Below are positions 1-12,809 of a DNA stretch of 64,000 nt, piece after piece. The stretch is from Octopus bimaculoides (Eukaryota), in contig NC_068997.1 in assembly GCF_001194135.2 (NCBI RefSeq), positions 1,652,663 to 1,716,662 of the forward strand, given 5' to 3'. Position 1 is the first letter of the stretch. Each line of letters opens with the position of its first letter. Below the pieces are notes generated by a model that saw only the letters and a list, made by a program, of their open reading frames with translations, ran no database searches and was not told where the DNA came from. Position numbers and translations under genes: made by a program.

Positions 1-41
<41 letters not shown>

Positions 42-2162
42 CACACTTCGTCTCTTGCACGGTTTTCAGTTACCAAATTCAACTTCTCAAACGTTGGTGA
101 GCTCAAAGCTCAGGTAGAAGACCATTATCCAAACTGTAGTGAATGGAGAAGAAAATTTCTTAAGCAGTTATCCATAATCTTGATTTGCGTGACATAGCCG
201 AGGTTGCATGATAATACCGCCAAGTTTACATTACAAAGCAGCCATACCTGCATGACACAATTCTGCTTGTTTGTCCGTATATATTAAACACTAATTGAGA
301 CGATTGTGTGATTCAAGCGTCGGCACAAAATACTAGTAGCAGAAGTGAAGTGAAATTAATGTTAACCAACTTTCGAAACTTGCTTGATTTATCAGCTTGA
401 TTCCAGCTTCTTATTAAGGTATATACAGTCTAAAAACTATTTATGAAAATAAAGAATATATACACTTTGTTATAATTTGCCAAACCTCAGATAGATAGGA
501 ATAGTTTTGTGTTATTGTGCATATTGTTTCTGTTTCTCTAAACATTGTTTCTGGAGATATATTGACTTAGAAGCAGACTTCCTTGGAATTATTAGCGAAT
601 AACATGGAACAAAAATTTCATTACATGGAAAGTATATTGATGTGCAAACGTCTGAACAATTAAAAAAAATTCTTGTCAATAAATATGATTTGAAGAAAAC
701 TGTAAGAATTTCATACTAAGTTAAATACAAGCCATTGGCCGGAAACTTTCTGTATTTCTCGTCGAGTTTAAAGAGGGAATTCACTGGGAATATTTATTAG
801 ACACAAGAAAAGTGTGGATGTTTTGTTTGTCGTCTATTGTAAATATCGTCTGCAAAATAATAGAAACAAAGTTCTGTGAATATTATATGTAAGATATTTA
901 ATGAATCTTACGGTCAAAAAGATAATGGTAGCATTTGCTGTTGGTGTGTAAGTCGGGAACAAGATACGGGATAAGAAATAATAGAATAGCGAGGAAGGAA
1001 ATGTGGGAGACATAGAGAAAAGGAAATGGAGAGTATAGGTGAAAAGAAGATATGAAGAAAGAGTAAATGCAAAAGAGAGAATAGGAGATTCAGAGGGAAG
1101 GGAATAAATAGAAGAGAAGCGGTTAAGAGGCCAGAACAAGAGATAGATAAAGGAGAAAAAAAGTGAAAGGCATAACAAAATGATAGACAGAAAATAATAG
1201 ATACTGTGAGGGTGTTGGCTCCCAGTGATAGAGAAAACTGAATAAAAGAACAGTAATACATGGGAAAAAGAGAATAAGTTCAGATTGATTTGTAGTTGAT
1301 ATCTGGGGGATTTCCCTAGGCCTTCACCTGCTATTTTTGAAACAGTTGTAAAATGGTCGGAATTCTTACTTTAATAAGTATTCTACGCTATACTGAAATG
1401 TACTGAGTTCTATCTGAATGCTCACCTTAATCCCTTCATTGAAAAAAGTCTATCATATATCATACCTAGATAAATGCATATAAAGAGGCCCGTACTAACG
1501 ATAATGTCTGACGCTAAATTCCCTAAGAACATGTAAATGAAACAGATGAGGCTAGACTATGAAATTAAATATATCCCACGAGCTAGAGATATCAACAGCG
1601 TTGACGGGAATATGTGAGTAGATCGGAAAGAACTGTAGAAAGGTAGAACACCTAGGGAGAACTTTTGAGAAAACTATAGCTCTAATATCCAGGCTATACA
1701 TTTTTATTCGTACCTGTTATCGTAGTTACACTTATGTACATGACAGACTAACACGAAAAATTAGAAATCTTGTGGTTTTCCAAAGAGAGGAGAATGATTC
1801 TTAGTCTCCGAATCCAAATGATAAGAAATTCCGTGAAATATCTGTAAAATTGCACTCGATCACATGTTGATATGGAATACAGACATATGCACTGCTAAAA
1901 TTAAGTAATGAAGCACGAACACATATCTACTAAAGAAAGATGCGCACTCACAACACCAGGGCATGTGTATCTGTACGCGTGCATACACACACTCACACTC
2001 ACACACACGCACACACACACACATATGTACGCAAACATACATATGCACACAGTCAAACACACATAAACATACATCAAAAAGTTCGGATAACCACACAACT
2101 CAAGTGTTGTGACCGCAAAGATGAAACAAACAAAAAATATTTTAATTCCAAACAAATGCAAT

Positions 2163-2206
<44 letters not shown>

Positions 2207-2256
2207 NNNNNNNNNNNNNNNNNNNNNNNNNNNNNNNNNNNNNNNNNNNNNNNNNN

Positions 2257-2312
<56 letters not shown>

Positions 2313-3522
2313 GACCTTTATGTGTTGCTAACATGAGGGCCTTTATGCGCTTGCTTGTTCTGCTAATTATAACAGATATTTCGTCCCCAAATCACATTTT
2401 ACTGTACGAAAATTGAAAGAACATGTTAGATCATGCTGTCCTGTATATACAAAACCAAGCGTCTGTAACGGAGAGATGAAGCTTTAGCTACAGCAAAATA
2501 ACACCAGACATAGCTTCCTCATCTGAACCAAAACAATTTTATATATTGTTATTTACTTGCACCCCTCTCCTACTCTCTGTGATGAAGAACTTCTTTCGGT
2601 GATTAGCAAACTTGACCTTTATGGAAGAAATGTTGAAATGTCTTATTAAGTGGTTAAAATCAACGACGCACTCTGTCAGAGTCTTTATAGATTTTCTGTC
2701 GTATATTGTAATACTAGAACAATATTTACAGTGGTAAGTTCGAGAACATTCTCTTTGTATTTTGTTGAAAGTAAAAACTGAAAAAAGAACATAATTATTG
2801 TTAACATATGCAATTTCCTAAAGAATGCAAACAAAAGAAACCAACTAAACAAATGACTTTCTAAGTGAATAGCTACTGGCCTTTTTATTATTATTGTTAT
2901 TCTATTAACGATCACTTTATTCTGTATATCTCGACAGTTAAATCTAAGTGCTTTCATACAATCTGTATTCATAGAATATGAATGGACATTGTTTGCTTGT
3001 AGGAAACAGTGAATGTGACTGAAATATTGTTCGGCTTCAGTTTAAAGGTTTATTGTATTAGTGATGCCGTATAGATATCGAGTCAAAGGTGAATTGGTAA
3101 CATGTAGTTATATATAGGAAGCTCTCATGAGTTGGTGTAGATAGGTATAAAGAAAGAAACTCTAAAATTAAGAAGAGGAGTGCATCTTGCTGTGCATCTT
3201 TTTTTGTATTTAGGACGCTCATAACTTTCACAGAATTCACTAGACTGGTAAATACGATGTGATATCTCTTCAGTTGTAATGAGTGTCGGTTCATACCTGT
3301 GGTCGATACGTGAGGTGTGAGGGAGATCTAAAGATTAGGGATATGAGATATAGCGACGATAGTTAATAGAATTCATACGCATACTCTGATTAAATGGTAT
3401 AACTGAAAGTCTCCGGTTTAAGGAACAAGAGACAAGTAGGAACCGTAAGAAATGTTTTGTAACAGACATAAGTAAACTTTTGCTGATGTCAAGTCTAGTA
3501 ATATAGCTTTCGTTAAAGTAAT

Positions 3523-3738
3523 GTGGCAAGATGGCAGAATCGTTAGCAGAGCGGGCAAAATGCTTAGTGGCATTTCATCCGACTTTACGTCCTGAGTTCA
3601 AATTCCGCTGAGGCCGACTTTGCATTTTACCGCTTCGGGGGCGATAAAAAGGTACTAGTTAAATACTAGGGTCGATGTGTTCGACTTGTTCCGCCCCTAA
3701 AATTGCTAGCCTTGACCCAAAATTTGAAATCAATATTG
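3523..3738 (+). mobile_element. SINE family A copy (tRNA-like head plus conserved central domain)
   Basis: tggcagaatcgttagc (A-box-like)...gagttcaaattcc (B-box)...ttcgggggcgataaaaaggtactagtt; more than 10 homologous copies in the window. Confidence 0.8.
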
Positions 3739-3792
3739 TTTTCATCAAAGTTTTCCAGGATGAGATACGCCTTGATCATGGATGACGATGTC

Positions 3793-3832
3793 AGATATTC
3801 CAGTAGATATTCCAGTAGATATTCCAGTAGAT
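3793..3832. repeat. 12-bp tandem repeat (agatattccagt) x3.3
   Basis: Read directly from the sequence. Confidence 0.9.
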
Positions 3833-4574
3833 GTGTTGCAAAACCCAGGCTGTCTTCAGGGAGCCGCCATGCAAATATTTAATGTTGATTAAGTGGAATC
3901 TACATCATTCGCTGACAATAAACGGCAAATGATTACACACAACTGTAAACGGTTACCTGAGCAATATATAAACCTTCTATACCCATAAGCCAATAAGGAG
4001 ACTACTAAGGGGTTGCTATTTTGTCTGATAGAAAACTAGGTAAATCACAGTAAAATAATACTCTACCATCTTAGAAAAAAGATACGTTTCATCATATGGT
4101 TCTGAGTGAACTGTGATTGAACGAATTAAGGAATGGTTACGGATGGCACGCCTTTCAACTTAGTTTGTAACAGAAGAAATCCACCACAGTCACACTGAAG
4201 CGAGAAATTAAAGCGAGTGACATGTTGCGTCACTCTTCTGTAAAATAGGTACCCAGCAATGAAATGACTTGGGTTCAGTTTTCGTCGATCATTTTCTATA
4301 AAAGAAAAGAGAAAGTTATGTTTGAAAAATCTTGCTCCAAGTTGTAGTGAAGAGAAACTGAACCAGAATTCTATCAATATGTATGAAGATGCAGTTAAAT
4401 ATAACCCAGTTATCATCTTAATCTGAATGTAGCAGAATTCAGATTAAACGAAACTGTGGACTGACGAGTGAGCTGATTGGTTTCTTCGGGACAATAACAA
4501 AAGAGAATGACCATGTGATAAACTTGAAAATTCTTTGTTGAGCGCGGCCAAAATTTTTGAGTAAAGCGAATAAC

Positions 4575-4613
<39 letters not shown>

Positions 4614-4644
4614 GCAAATAAGTAACAAGGATGTTCAGATATCA

Positions 4645-4733
4645 ATGCATTACGGCCGTTTCAAGTGGCTCCATTTAATCGATCAATGAAAACATTACAT
4701 CAATTTGAAAGAAACCGCTCACCTCAGCTGTAG
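4645..4733 (-). ncRNA. Degenerate type I hammerhead ribozyme (HHR1)
   Basis: Minus strand: ctacag-CTGAGGT-gagcggtttc...ggagccactt-GAAAC-ggcc-GTA-atgcat. Stem II pairs at 9/10 positions and helix III is palindromic (ACGGCCGT). Core A9 is mutated and stem I is eroded. Confidence 0.55.
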
Positions 4734-5316
4734 ATAACCATACAGATTTCCAACATAAGCCATTTTTAGCAAATTCATATCAGTACTACAAACCAAAATA
4801 ATTCCATTGCTTCGTTATGTTATATGTGTGGCTGAATAAATTTAGAGAATAATGCATGTTTTATTAAGCCTACGGTAATTTAGAGATTAACAGGAAAATA
4901 GTGCGGGTCAAGATATAAGAGTGGTGAGGTGGTTATTTACATTTATATTTATTTTTATTTATAAGATCTTATGCAGTTTATAGTCTACCACCATTTAGAA
5001 TTAAATCAATTCGGAGTTGTCAGCTATGTTCCAGTTGTCGTTGATAAATCAATTAATGTCAGGCACCTTCCCACACCCCTATTTTAATAGGCCATATATC
5101 TACCATATATCTCACTACTCCTATGTCTTGACCCCTACTATTTTCCTCTGCTACTATCTAAATTATTGTAGGCTTAATATGATATGCATTATTCTCTAAA
5201 TTTATTCGGCCACAAATATAACATAAGGAAACAATGTAATTATTTTTTGGTTTCTAGTACTGATACAAATTTGCTAAAAATGGTTTATCCTTTATGTTGC
5301 AAATGTATATGGTCAT

Positions 5317-5406
5317 CTACATATGAAGACAGCGGTTTCTCTCAAATTGATATAATGTATTCATTGATCGATTAAATGGAGCCGTTTGAAACGGCCGTAA
5401 TGCATT
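5317..5406 (+). ncRNA. Degenerate type I hammerhead ribozyme (HHR2)
   Basis: ctacat-ATGAAGA-cagcggtttc...ggagccgttt-GAAAC-ggcc-GTA-atgcat. Core C3 is mutated to A, stem II pairs at 9/10 positions, and helix III is palindromic. Confidence 0.55.
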
Positions 5407-5571
5407 GGTACCTGGACATCCTTGTTACTTATTTGCATTTTGCTCACCTAATTTCGAGCTACACGGACTATACCGTACTAGCAAGATGCCTCAATTAAGT
5501 ACCTAATTCAGCTGAATCTTAATTATATATATATATATATATATATAAAAGCAACAGGATATTAAGAGGTG

Positions 5572-5659
5572 ATGCAGTACGACCGTTTCAAACGACTCCA
5601 TTTAATTGAACACTGCAATCATTACATCAATTTAAATGCAAGGCTATCATCAGCTGCAT
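5572..5659 (-). ncRNA. Type I hammerhead ribozyme with intact core (HHR3)
   Basis: Minus strand: ATGCAG-CTGATGA-[56-nt stem-loop II region]-GAAAC-ggtc-GTA-CTGCAT. Stem I is a perfect 6 bp, with a CUGAUGA/GAAA core, a GUA cleavage triplet and a minimal helix III. The stem II base is imperfect. Confidence 0.8.
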
Positions 5660-5841
5660 AAATAAATAGAACTTTTAATCAGTAGGACACATTAATATAC
5701 TTCTATTCAAATTCTCTAATAGATCAAGAGGTATGAAAATAGCACAAAAATAGTTGTAGCAGGATTGATATTAATTGTAATATTAATACTAATAAACATG
5801 GTATGAATATTAATAATATTTATAGTAGTAATTCTCCTAGT

Positions 5842-6261
5842 TGCAATTGTAGAGTTAAATCCACTCAACAATTATTAGGCTGATGCCTAATCCAAAACGC
5901 AATCTATAAGTGTACAATCACAACTGTAGTTGGTAAATTTGTATATATAGGATGTTCAATAAATATGAAATAAACGTATTAATAACCATTTTCCCTCTTT
6001 TAGGCTCAGACATAGGGCCAAGTGTACGTCCTTATCTCGCACGATTTGGGAACTGAAAGAAAGCACAATCGAATTTAGCCTTAAATGGGATATTATAAGG
6101 AAAGTGCAGCCTTATAGAGTTAGTCGACACGCCTGCGGGCTTTGCTATATGGAGGCTTATGAAATTTTAAGTATAGGGACAAGAGCAACCTAATTAATAA
6201 TAGATTAGACCTAAGGGTATCATGCGTACATAGGGTCACCCGTACAGTTAAATATTTTTGA
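5842..6261 (+). pseudogene. PLE GIY-YIG endonuclease relic
   Basis: Manual translation: CNCRVKSTQQLLG*CLIQNAIYKCTITTVVGKFVYIGCSINMK/RINNHFPSFRLRHRAKCTSLSRTIWELKESTIEFSLKWDIIRKVQPYRVSRHACGLCYMEAYEILSIG/DKSNLINNRLDLRVSCVHR. It has the PLE CxC, IYxC...YIG, LSxxIWxLK, CxLC and CxH motifs, with one stop and two frameshifts. Confidence 0.88.
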
Positions 6262-7333
6262 AATTAGCGTTTACAGGTGCTACACTTGAACCCGGATAAA
6301 GGAAATTAATTTTAGTGTCATATCTGATGTGAACTCATTCCCTGGTATTATATATAATAGTTTATATATATTTTCTTACTATTCTCTATATTTTCTTATT
6401 TTGTTTTCTTATTTTGTTACCTTTACCTATTAACCTCCTATCTCTTATAAGTTATTAATGTTCTTAAAGAGAGATATAAACTGTCTAGTTACTTACGTCT
6501 ATGAGAGTTGATTATAACACACCCAAAATAAGGTACAAATATTTATGTATATTTGCATGTGTGCACATAGTTAAATATGTGTATGCATCTGTGCACAGCT
6601 TATTTTTTTCCTTCTTTTTTCTTCTGATTCTTAGCTTATAATTAATATAATAATAGCATGATTTATAGCCCCAGTATTCTATAAATAAGTACCCAGAGCA
6701 ATCGTTATAGAAACCACCTAATAAGTAAATAATTAAGTATAGGAACGAGTATTAAACTAATTCTATATCATCTTCCCTTTCTAATCTTGAAAATTGGTAT
6801 ATATACACATTTTATCTATTCTGTTTATAATATCATTTTTAGTAATCTTAAATTATATACAATATAACAATATTGTTTATATACCATCATCCATAGTACC
6901 CCATGATAATTTCCTCTGTATAAACATCGTAGGTTTTATTAGCGTCTTCCCCCTTTAACTGGTAATTAATATCTTGATTTGGGATCTTCCCCTACCCAAC
7001 CTCCTTTATTGATAGTTACTGATACAAATCCTAAAATCCTGACAATATCTATGACGATATCCAATTATAAACTGTCATTTCACTCCTGCCCTTCATTCTA
7101 AACCGACACTGTCCTCTAGCGTTAGATTTGGCAGTTGATAAAAAAGGCTAATAAATTAAAATTGAACCACAATCATTTACAAGCTATGACCCTAACAAAC
7201 TTCATACAGTTCTTAGAAGTGTAGCATATTCATAGCTACATTAATAGCAACATGGACTCTTCCCCTCTTCTTGCTCTATTAGAGAATTTGAGTCATATTA
7301 ATGTGTCCAACTGATTAAAAATTCTATTTATTT

Positions 7334-7421
7334 ATGCAGCTGAGGATAGCCCTGCTTTTAAATTGATGTAATGATTGCAATGTTCAATTAAATGGAGGCG
7401 CTTGAAACAGTCGTACTGCAT
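7334..7421 (+). ncRNA. Type I hammerhead ribozyme with intact core (HHR4)
   Basis: ATGCAG-CTGAGGA-tagccctgcttttaaattga...tcaattaaatggaggcgctt-GAAAC-agtc-GTA-CTGCAT. Stem I is a perfect 6 bp, the core is CUGANGA/GAAA, and stem II is extended (aattga/tcaatt). Confidence 0.8.
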
Positions 7422-7532
7422 CACCTCTTGATATCCTGTTGCTTATTTTGATTTTACTCACCTTACTTTGAGTTGTACGGATAATACCGCACTGACTTTG
7501 TGCTTCAACTTAAGTACCTAATTCAACTGAAA

Positions 7533-7591
<59 letters not shown>

Positions 7592-7597
7592 CCTATC

Positions 7598-7791
7598 TGC
7601 TTTTATTTGTTTCATTCATTTGACAGCAGCCATGATGGATCCCACCTTTAGTCGAAGAAATCGACTCCAGTACTTATTCATTGTAAGCTTAGTACTTATT
7701 TATTCGGACTCTTTTGTCGACCCGCTATGTTACGGGGACGTAAACACACCAACAGCGGTTGTCAAGCGATGGTAGGTGACAAACAATACAC

Positions 7792-7838
<47 letters not shown>

Positions 7839-7991
7839 ACTGGCTTCTTTCAGTTTCCATCAACTAAATCCACTCACAAATCTTTGGTCAGCCCGAGGCT
7901 ATAGTGGAAGACACTTGCCCAAGGTACCAGGCAGTGGGAGTGAACCAGGAACCATGTGGTTGGGAAGCAAGTTTCTTATCACACAGCCACA
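7598..7991 (-). mobile_element. SINE family B copy (bipartite, internal (TA)n)
   Basis: Minus strand: gtggctgtgtgataagaaacttgcttcccaaccacatggttcctggttcactccc head, then gaaactgaaagaagcc, a microsatellite, and a cgcttgacaaccgctgttggtgtgtttacgtccccg 3' half. It matches the copies at 16.6, 54.2 and 62.9 kb. Confidence 0.85.
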
Positions 7992-8190
7992 CTTCTTACC
8001 ACACACACACACATTTGTATATATATGCTAGTATTTCTTTCCATTTTACACACACATAGACACACATATATGCACTCATGAAATTTAATATATACTTATA
8101 TGCATTTAGCAAAAATATTTCTCACTGAACCACATGACGGTAAATTATGTAAATACATATCAAACCAAATATATAACTAGAGAACTATTA

Positions 8191-8231
<41 letters not shown>

Positions 8232-8709
8232 GTATATATGTGTATTTATGTGTATAAATGTACTCAGCTATCACGTATAGAGTTTTACAACTAAATGTGT
8301 AGTACATTTCTATAGTGAACGTGAAATCTCTAAGGATTTCCGTACAATTTGTTATTGGAAGCGCAACATAAATTCAGAAGAGAAGAAGGATAAGAGAAGA
8401 AAATCTGAGAATATTTCATTTTGATATGAAAATAATTCTTCATCTGATATTATGTAGAGTAATAAAACCATTCAGATCATAAAGAAGAATTTCTGAACAA
8501 CAATCTTCCATTAGGTGAGAAATATTTCTAAGCAATATAGAGGACATATACATACATGTATGTATACTTACATATATGTATGCGCATGTATGCATATGTA
8601 TACATACATATATATGCGTATGTCTAAGTGTGTTTGCAGATACATACTTTTGCATATATATGCATATACATTTCTGGCTTTTTCTCTCTCTCTTTCTCTC
8701 CCTCTACCT

Positions 8710-8746
<37 letters not shown>

Positions 8747-8756
8747 NNNNNNNNNN

Positions 8757-8790
<34 letters not shown>

Positions 8791-10744
8791 CTACACACAC
8801 AGACACACACACATACACACACACACACACTTATATATATATATATAGACACACACAACATACATACATACATATATACATACAAACATACCAATATATA
8901 TATGTATATTTGTGTCTATACATATATACGTACATTCACACCTACATAAAGTGAAATGCGTACGAATTCTATAGCAAACACCAGGAATCAAGAAAGCTAG
9001 GATCCCTTGAAAATGCAATATAAGAATTGGTTTGTTCATAAATCTGACAAGAATACCAATTCCCAATCGCTTCTGTTTCTTGAGTGCAGAACAGCGACGG
9101 ACATTACGAGCTTTCATAGTTGGTACTGTGCTGTGACTCTAGTCGAATATTCTTGCTGTCTCTAAGTTTTAGCAGTTTATGAAATACGAAGGTGTGTACC
9201 CAGGGTGCAGGAAAAATTTATTATGGAATAAGCGTTTGCACACACATACATACACTCGCTCACACACAGATGCACACATACACACACGCATACACCCACA
9301 TACTCGCACACAAACATACACATACACACATGCACATTCGCACATACAGGGACCCACATGGATACTAATACGCTCAGGCAAACAGGCATACCTATTAATA
9401 AAATCATCTATCTTTCGTGGTATCCCAAATTTCTAAGACTATCCAGAGTCCATATCTTGGCAAAGCAGACGTAGACAACTGCTAAATTGTCTCTTCAAAC
9501 TAGATATTCTTAGATGATGTAATACATATTGTAGATACTCCGGGACACAAAGGCCATGTAGAATACAATGACCCGTCCATGTCGGTAATTTTGTGAGTTA
9601 TAATTATATAATTTTGAAAGGAAGTCGGGCAGAGAATTTGAGCGATATTGAGGGACCCATCTTTAGATGCCAGTAGGGAAGAAATCTGATTCCACACATC
9701 AGGTGTGAGTGAAGTTAGCCAATGTTCAGGTTGCAGTGTTAAATTGCGTGACATGTTAAGGTCTCGCGTCATTTGTTGGTGTGTTAGGTTTGCTACTACT
9801 ATCAGAGAACAAGGCCAGTCCGACTATGTAGTTCCATTGACAAAGTCTTAGTAAACACGGGCCTAGCAGTAGGATAGAACACTATACTTTGTACATGTGA
9901 AGCGAAATTATTAGCCATAAAAACATGCCATTATATTGCAAAACTGAGTTAATGTCCTAGCCATCCCCGTCGTACTCTGACTGTGAAACAATACAGAGGA
10001 TCCTACTACTGCTGCTGTTGTTGTTTAACCAGTTAAGATTGCAGCAATTTCCAACGAACCATGAAGGAATGAGAAAATGGCAGGTATTTGGAATCATTTA
10101 TCTCAATAGTCATAACTCGACAGTTTGGGAGAGAAGCCAATAATGAAGCTGAAGCTGTAATTAAAATAATTAGAGAAGCTCGATGTCAGCTTCATTAGTT
10201 ACAACGTGTATCACTGACTGTGGTTAGGAATAAGTCACTGTCTTAGCAAATAACTGGAAATAACTCAAATCTCAACTGTTGTAGTTATTGCTTGTCTCTA
10301 GACTGACCGTTACTAAGCAAACCAAAGTTGTTTCAACCACAATCGTCTTGTTCTTTTGGTGTATAAAACTAAACGAATTGTTTAAGAATCTCTTCCCTTT
10401 TATTCAGACAGTTCGGTGTAGTTTCAGGCAGATTTGGTCGCTATGTCTAGCATAGAAACCCCCTCGATATGGTTTATAGTTAGTTTAGTTTGATTTCTAG
10501 GTCGTTCCCGATGAAACAGAAATGATCAAAAGCCTTCCATCCCTGACCAACCAGTCAGGTTTCTATATAGTACTACATTGTAGAGTAGATCTTACATTTC
10601 CAAAGCATAGGAATTAAGAGAACTTATATCTGGCCGTCGCTTAAATGGATCAGTGAAATTTGGTCCCATAACGTCTAGAAAATGGCAGAATTTATTTTGT
10701 GCAAAGCAGAAGTTAATGCTGAAATTTTGGCAAGGGTTATGTTC

Positions 10745-10953
10745 TTTTCTACTCTAGGCACAAGGCCCGAAATTTTTGAGGAAGGTACCAGTCGATCAGA
10801 TCCCCCAGTACAAAACTGGTACTTAATTTTCAAACCCGAACGGATGAAAGGCAAAATCAACCTCGGTGGAATTTGAACTCAGAACGTAAAGGCAGACGGA
10901 ATAACGTTAAGTTTTTCGCCCGGAGTGCTAACGATTCTGCCAGCTCACTGCCT
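10745..10953 (-). mobile_element. SINE family A copy
   Basis: Reverse complement of ggcagtgagctggcagaatcgttagcactccgggcgaaaa...gagttcaaattccaccgaggttgattttgcctttcatccgttcggg. Confidence 0.88.
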
Positions 10954-12809
10954 TTGGTAAGGGTTATATGGAAATGGTTAATCATAGAATCATATGTTAG
11001 AACTTACACTGCTCAAGGCTAAACTATCACAGAGTATTTGGGTATATTTAGTGTTCTTGCAAGTAAATACCCCGTTCCCTCTACACGTATTTTCCTCGGT
11101 GATTCTGAGTTATATTCTGTGGTTGCATGTGTTATTGTGTACCCTTTAAAGTTCTAATAAAGTTGTATGTACGGTTTCTGACATATTATTCCATGATCGA
11201 CTTTATCGAAAAAAAAAAAACCCTGGCAAAGTCGAGATATTCACATTTGAGTGCTCGCGCAACTGTTTTCGCACGCGGGCGGTTGTGTCGTAAGAGCTGT
11301 GTCTGTTAGCCTCTTCTCAGTCGATAAACCATGGTTAGTGTCAGTGAGCAAGTCATTTACTTCAAGGAACGTGATCAGTTTGATTCTGATTATGTGTTCC
11401 ATGAGATTCCTGATACGCGAGGTTAGAGAAATAGGCCTATAGTTACTGGCATCGTCCCTGCCAAATCCTTAATGCATTGGAAGCGTTTACCTTCCAAGAA
11501 AACTTTAAAAGAGAAACTGCAGTGGTTTTTCTAAAGCTCTTTAACATGATTTTAGAAAGATTGGTGGAATTCATCAGGGCCAATAACTGAATTCAAGTTT
11601 ATCTTGTTAACGGTCAGTATTACATATTTTTATGCCGATATAATCAATCGTCAAAGTATCACAGTATCCGTTTCTATACATGTAGTGGCAAAGATCTCTG
11701 CATGTTTACTGAATTGCATGTGACGTAGGTGGTATGGTGAAAACACTTTTGAATTGTTCATTCAGTGTTTCCTTTATCACCATTGGGTTACCAGTTATGG
11801 AAAAGTCTTTTTGGAAGTGTGACCCTACGTTGCAGTGTACTGAGACAGTTACCCAGTGTGCTGAGATTCAGAAAGTATACGACATCATATTCTTCTCGAA
11901 ATTCCAATCACTGTACTAGGTCGTTACCTTCCTTTTCACAGTAAGAATATTCAATTAAACATTTCTTATCACTGCTTTTTCTTCGTCAAAATGCCAAAGA
12001 AATTATCACGTTTTCAGACCACATACAACCCTTTCCACTTCACATACCGCCAATATACTTCCTTCTTTGGATCCTATTTTCACAATTTTATTACTCCATC
12101 CCATGTTATAAGCTGTAGTATGTGTGTCAATAAGATATATGCGTGTTTATAATATATACTAGACTTACTACCCATCGTTGGTCGGTAAAATAGTTACTGA
12201 ATTGGTTGCCATTTTGTAGAATGGGAATTTACGGTATGTATGTATGCATATATATTTAACCTAACTTCTGGACTTAATTGGAACTATCCAAACAATAGTA
12301 ATGAATTTACATGAGTAGATACTTAAAAAAAAATTTTATTCTGAAAATCACCTGTAACTTTTGTTTTAAAGTGAAAGACAGGAGAAAGTGGAAGATGCAT
12401 GGACGTGTATATGAAACAGACGTGTGTGTGTGTGTATGCATGAGAGAGAGAGAGGCAGAGAGATAGATAGAGAGAGTATGTGTGCCACATACACCTACAT
12501 GAGAACACACACGTTCAATCACTCACACACACACACTCTCTCTCACACACACATGCACACGTACATACAAAATGATGTATGCATATGTATTGGTGTATGT
12601 ACGTATACATGACAACACACCCTTCACTCACTCTCTCTCTATTTTCCTCTCTCTCTTACTCTTTCCCTCTCTCTCTTCCTCTATTTCACACACACACGTC
12701 CATTTCTCCCCTCTTTCACTTTAAAACAAAAGTAAATAAATAAATATTATTTTTACGGAAATTAACGAACTCCGGATGATGAAATTACCTTCAGTTAAAA
12801 ATATTTCTA

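Larger units (their letters stand above)
4611..5520. mobile_element. PLE-derived fold-back unit 1: ~320-bp inverted arms (4611-4930 / 5110-5440), ~180-bp spacer, 3' tail to ~5520
   Basis: 4611 aatgcaaataagtaacaaggatgttcagatatcaatgcattacggccgtttc is the near-exact reverse complement of 5385-5440. The match continues inward (gtggctgaataaatttagagaataatgcat; ggaaaatagt..gggtcaaga). Each arm carries a degenerate hammerhead motif. The tail at 5440-5520 is homologous to 7445-7535. (TA)n flanks both sides. Confidence 0.8.
5547..7535 (+). mobile_element. Penelope-like element unit 2: inverted 5' pLTR (5547-5730), truncated GIY-YIG ORF, 3' pLTR (7265-7535)
   Basis: 5547-5730 is the reverse complement of ~7265-7445. 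A GIY-YIG relic lies between them on the + strand. Each terminal repeat holds a hammerhead with an intact core. The unit is bounded by (TA)n and (TATC)n. Confidence 0.85.

Noticed and set aside
834-1261. Hydrophobic 114/115-aa ORFs
   Set aside because: They are the reverse complement of a purine-rich low-complexity tract, so the composition is an artefact.
2579-2680. C/D snoRNA candidate (GTGATGA)
   Set aside because: There is no box D CTGA at a suitable distance and no terminal stem.
3830-3900. Possible RLE LINE C-terminus on the minus strand (LKTAWVLQHI)
   Set aside because: The match is too short and degenerate to support.
9500-9772. 90-aa ORF in non-repetitive DNA
   Set aside because: It has no recognisable motif or convincing splice signals.
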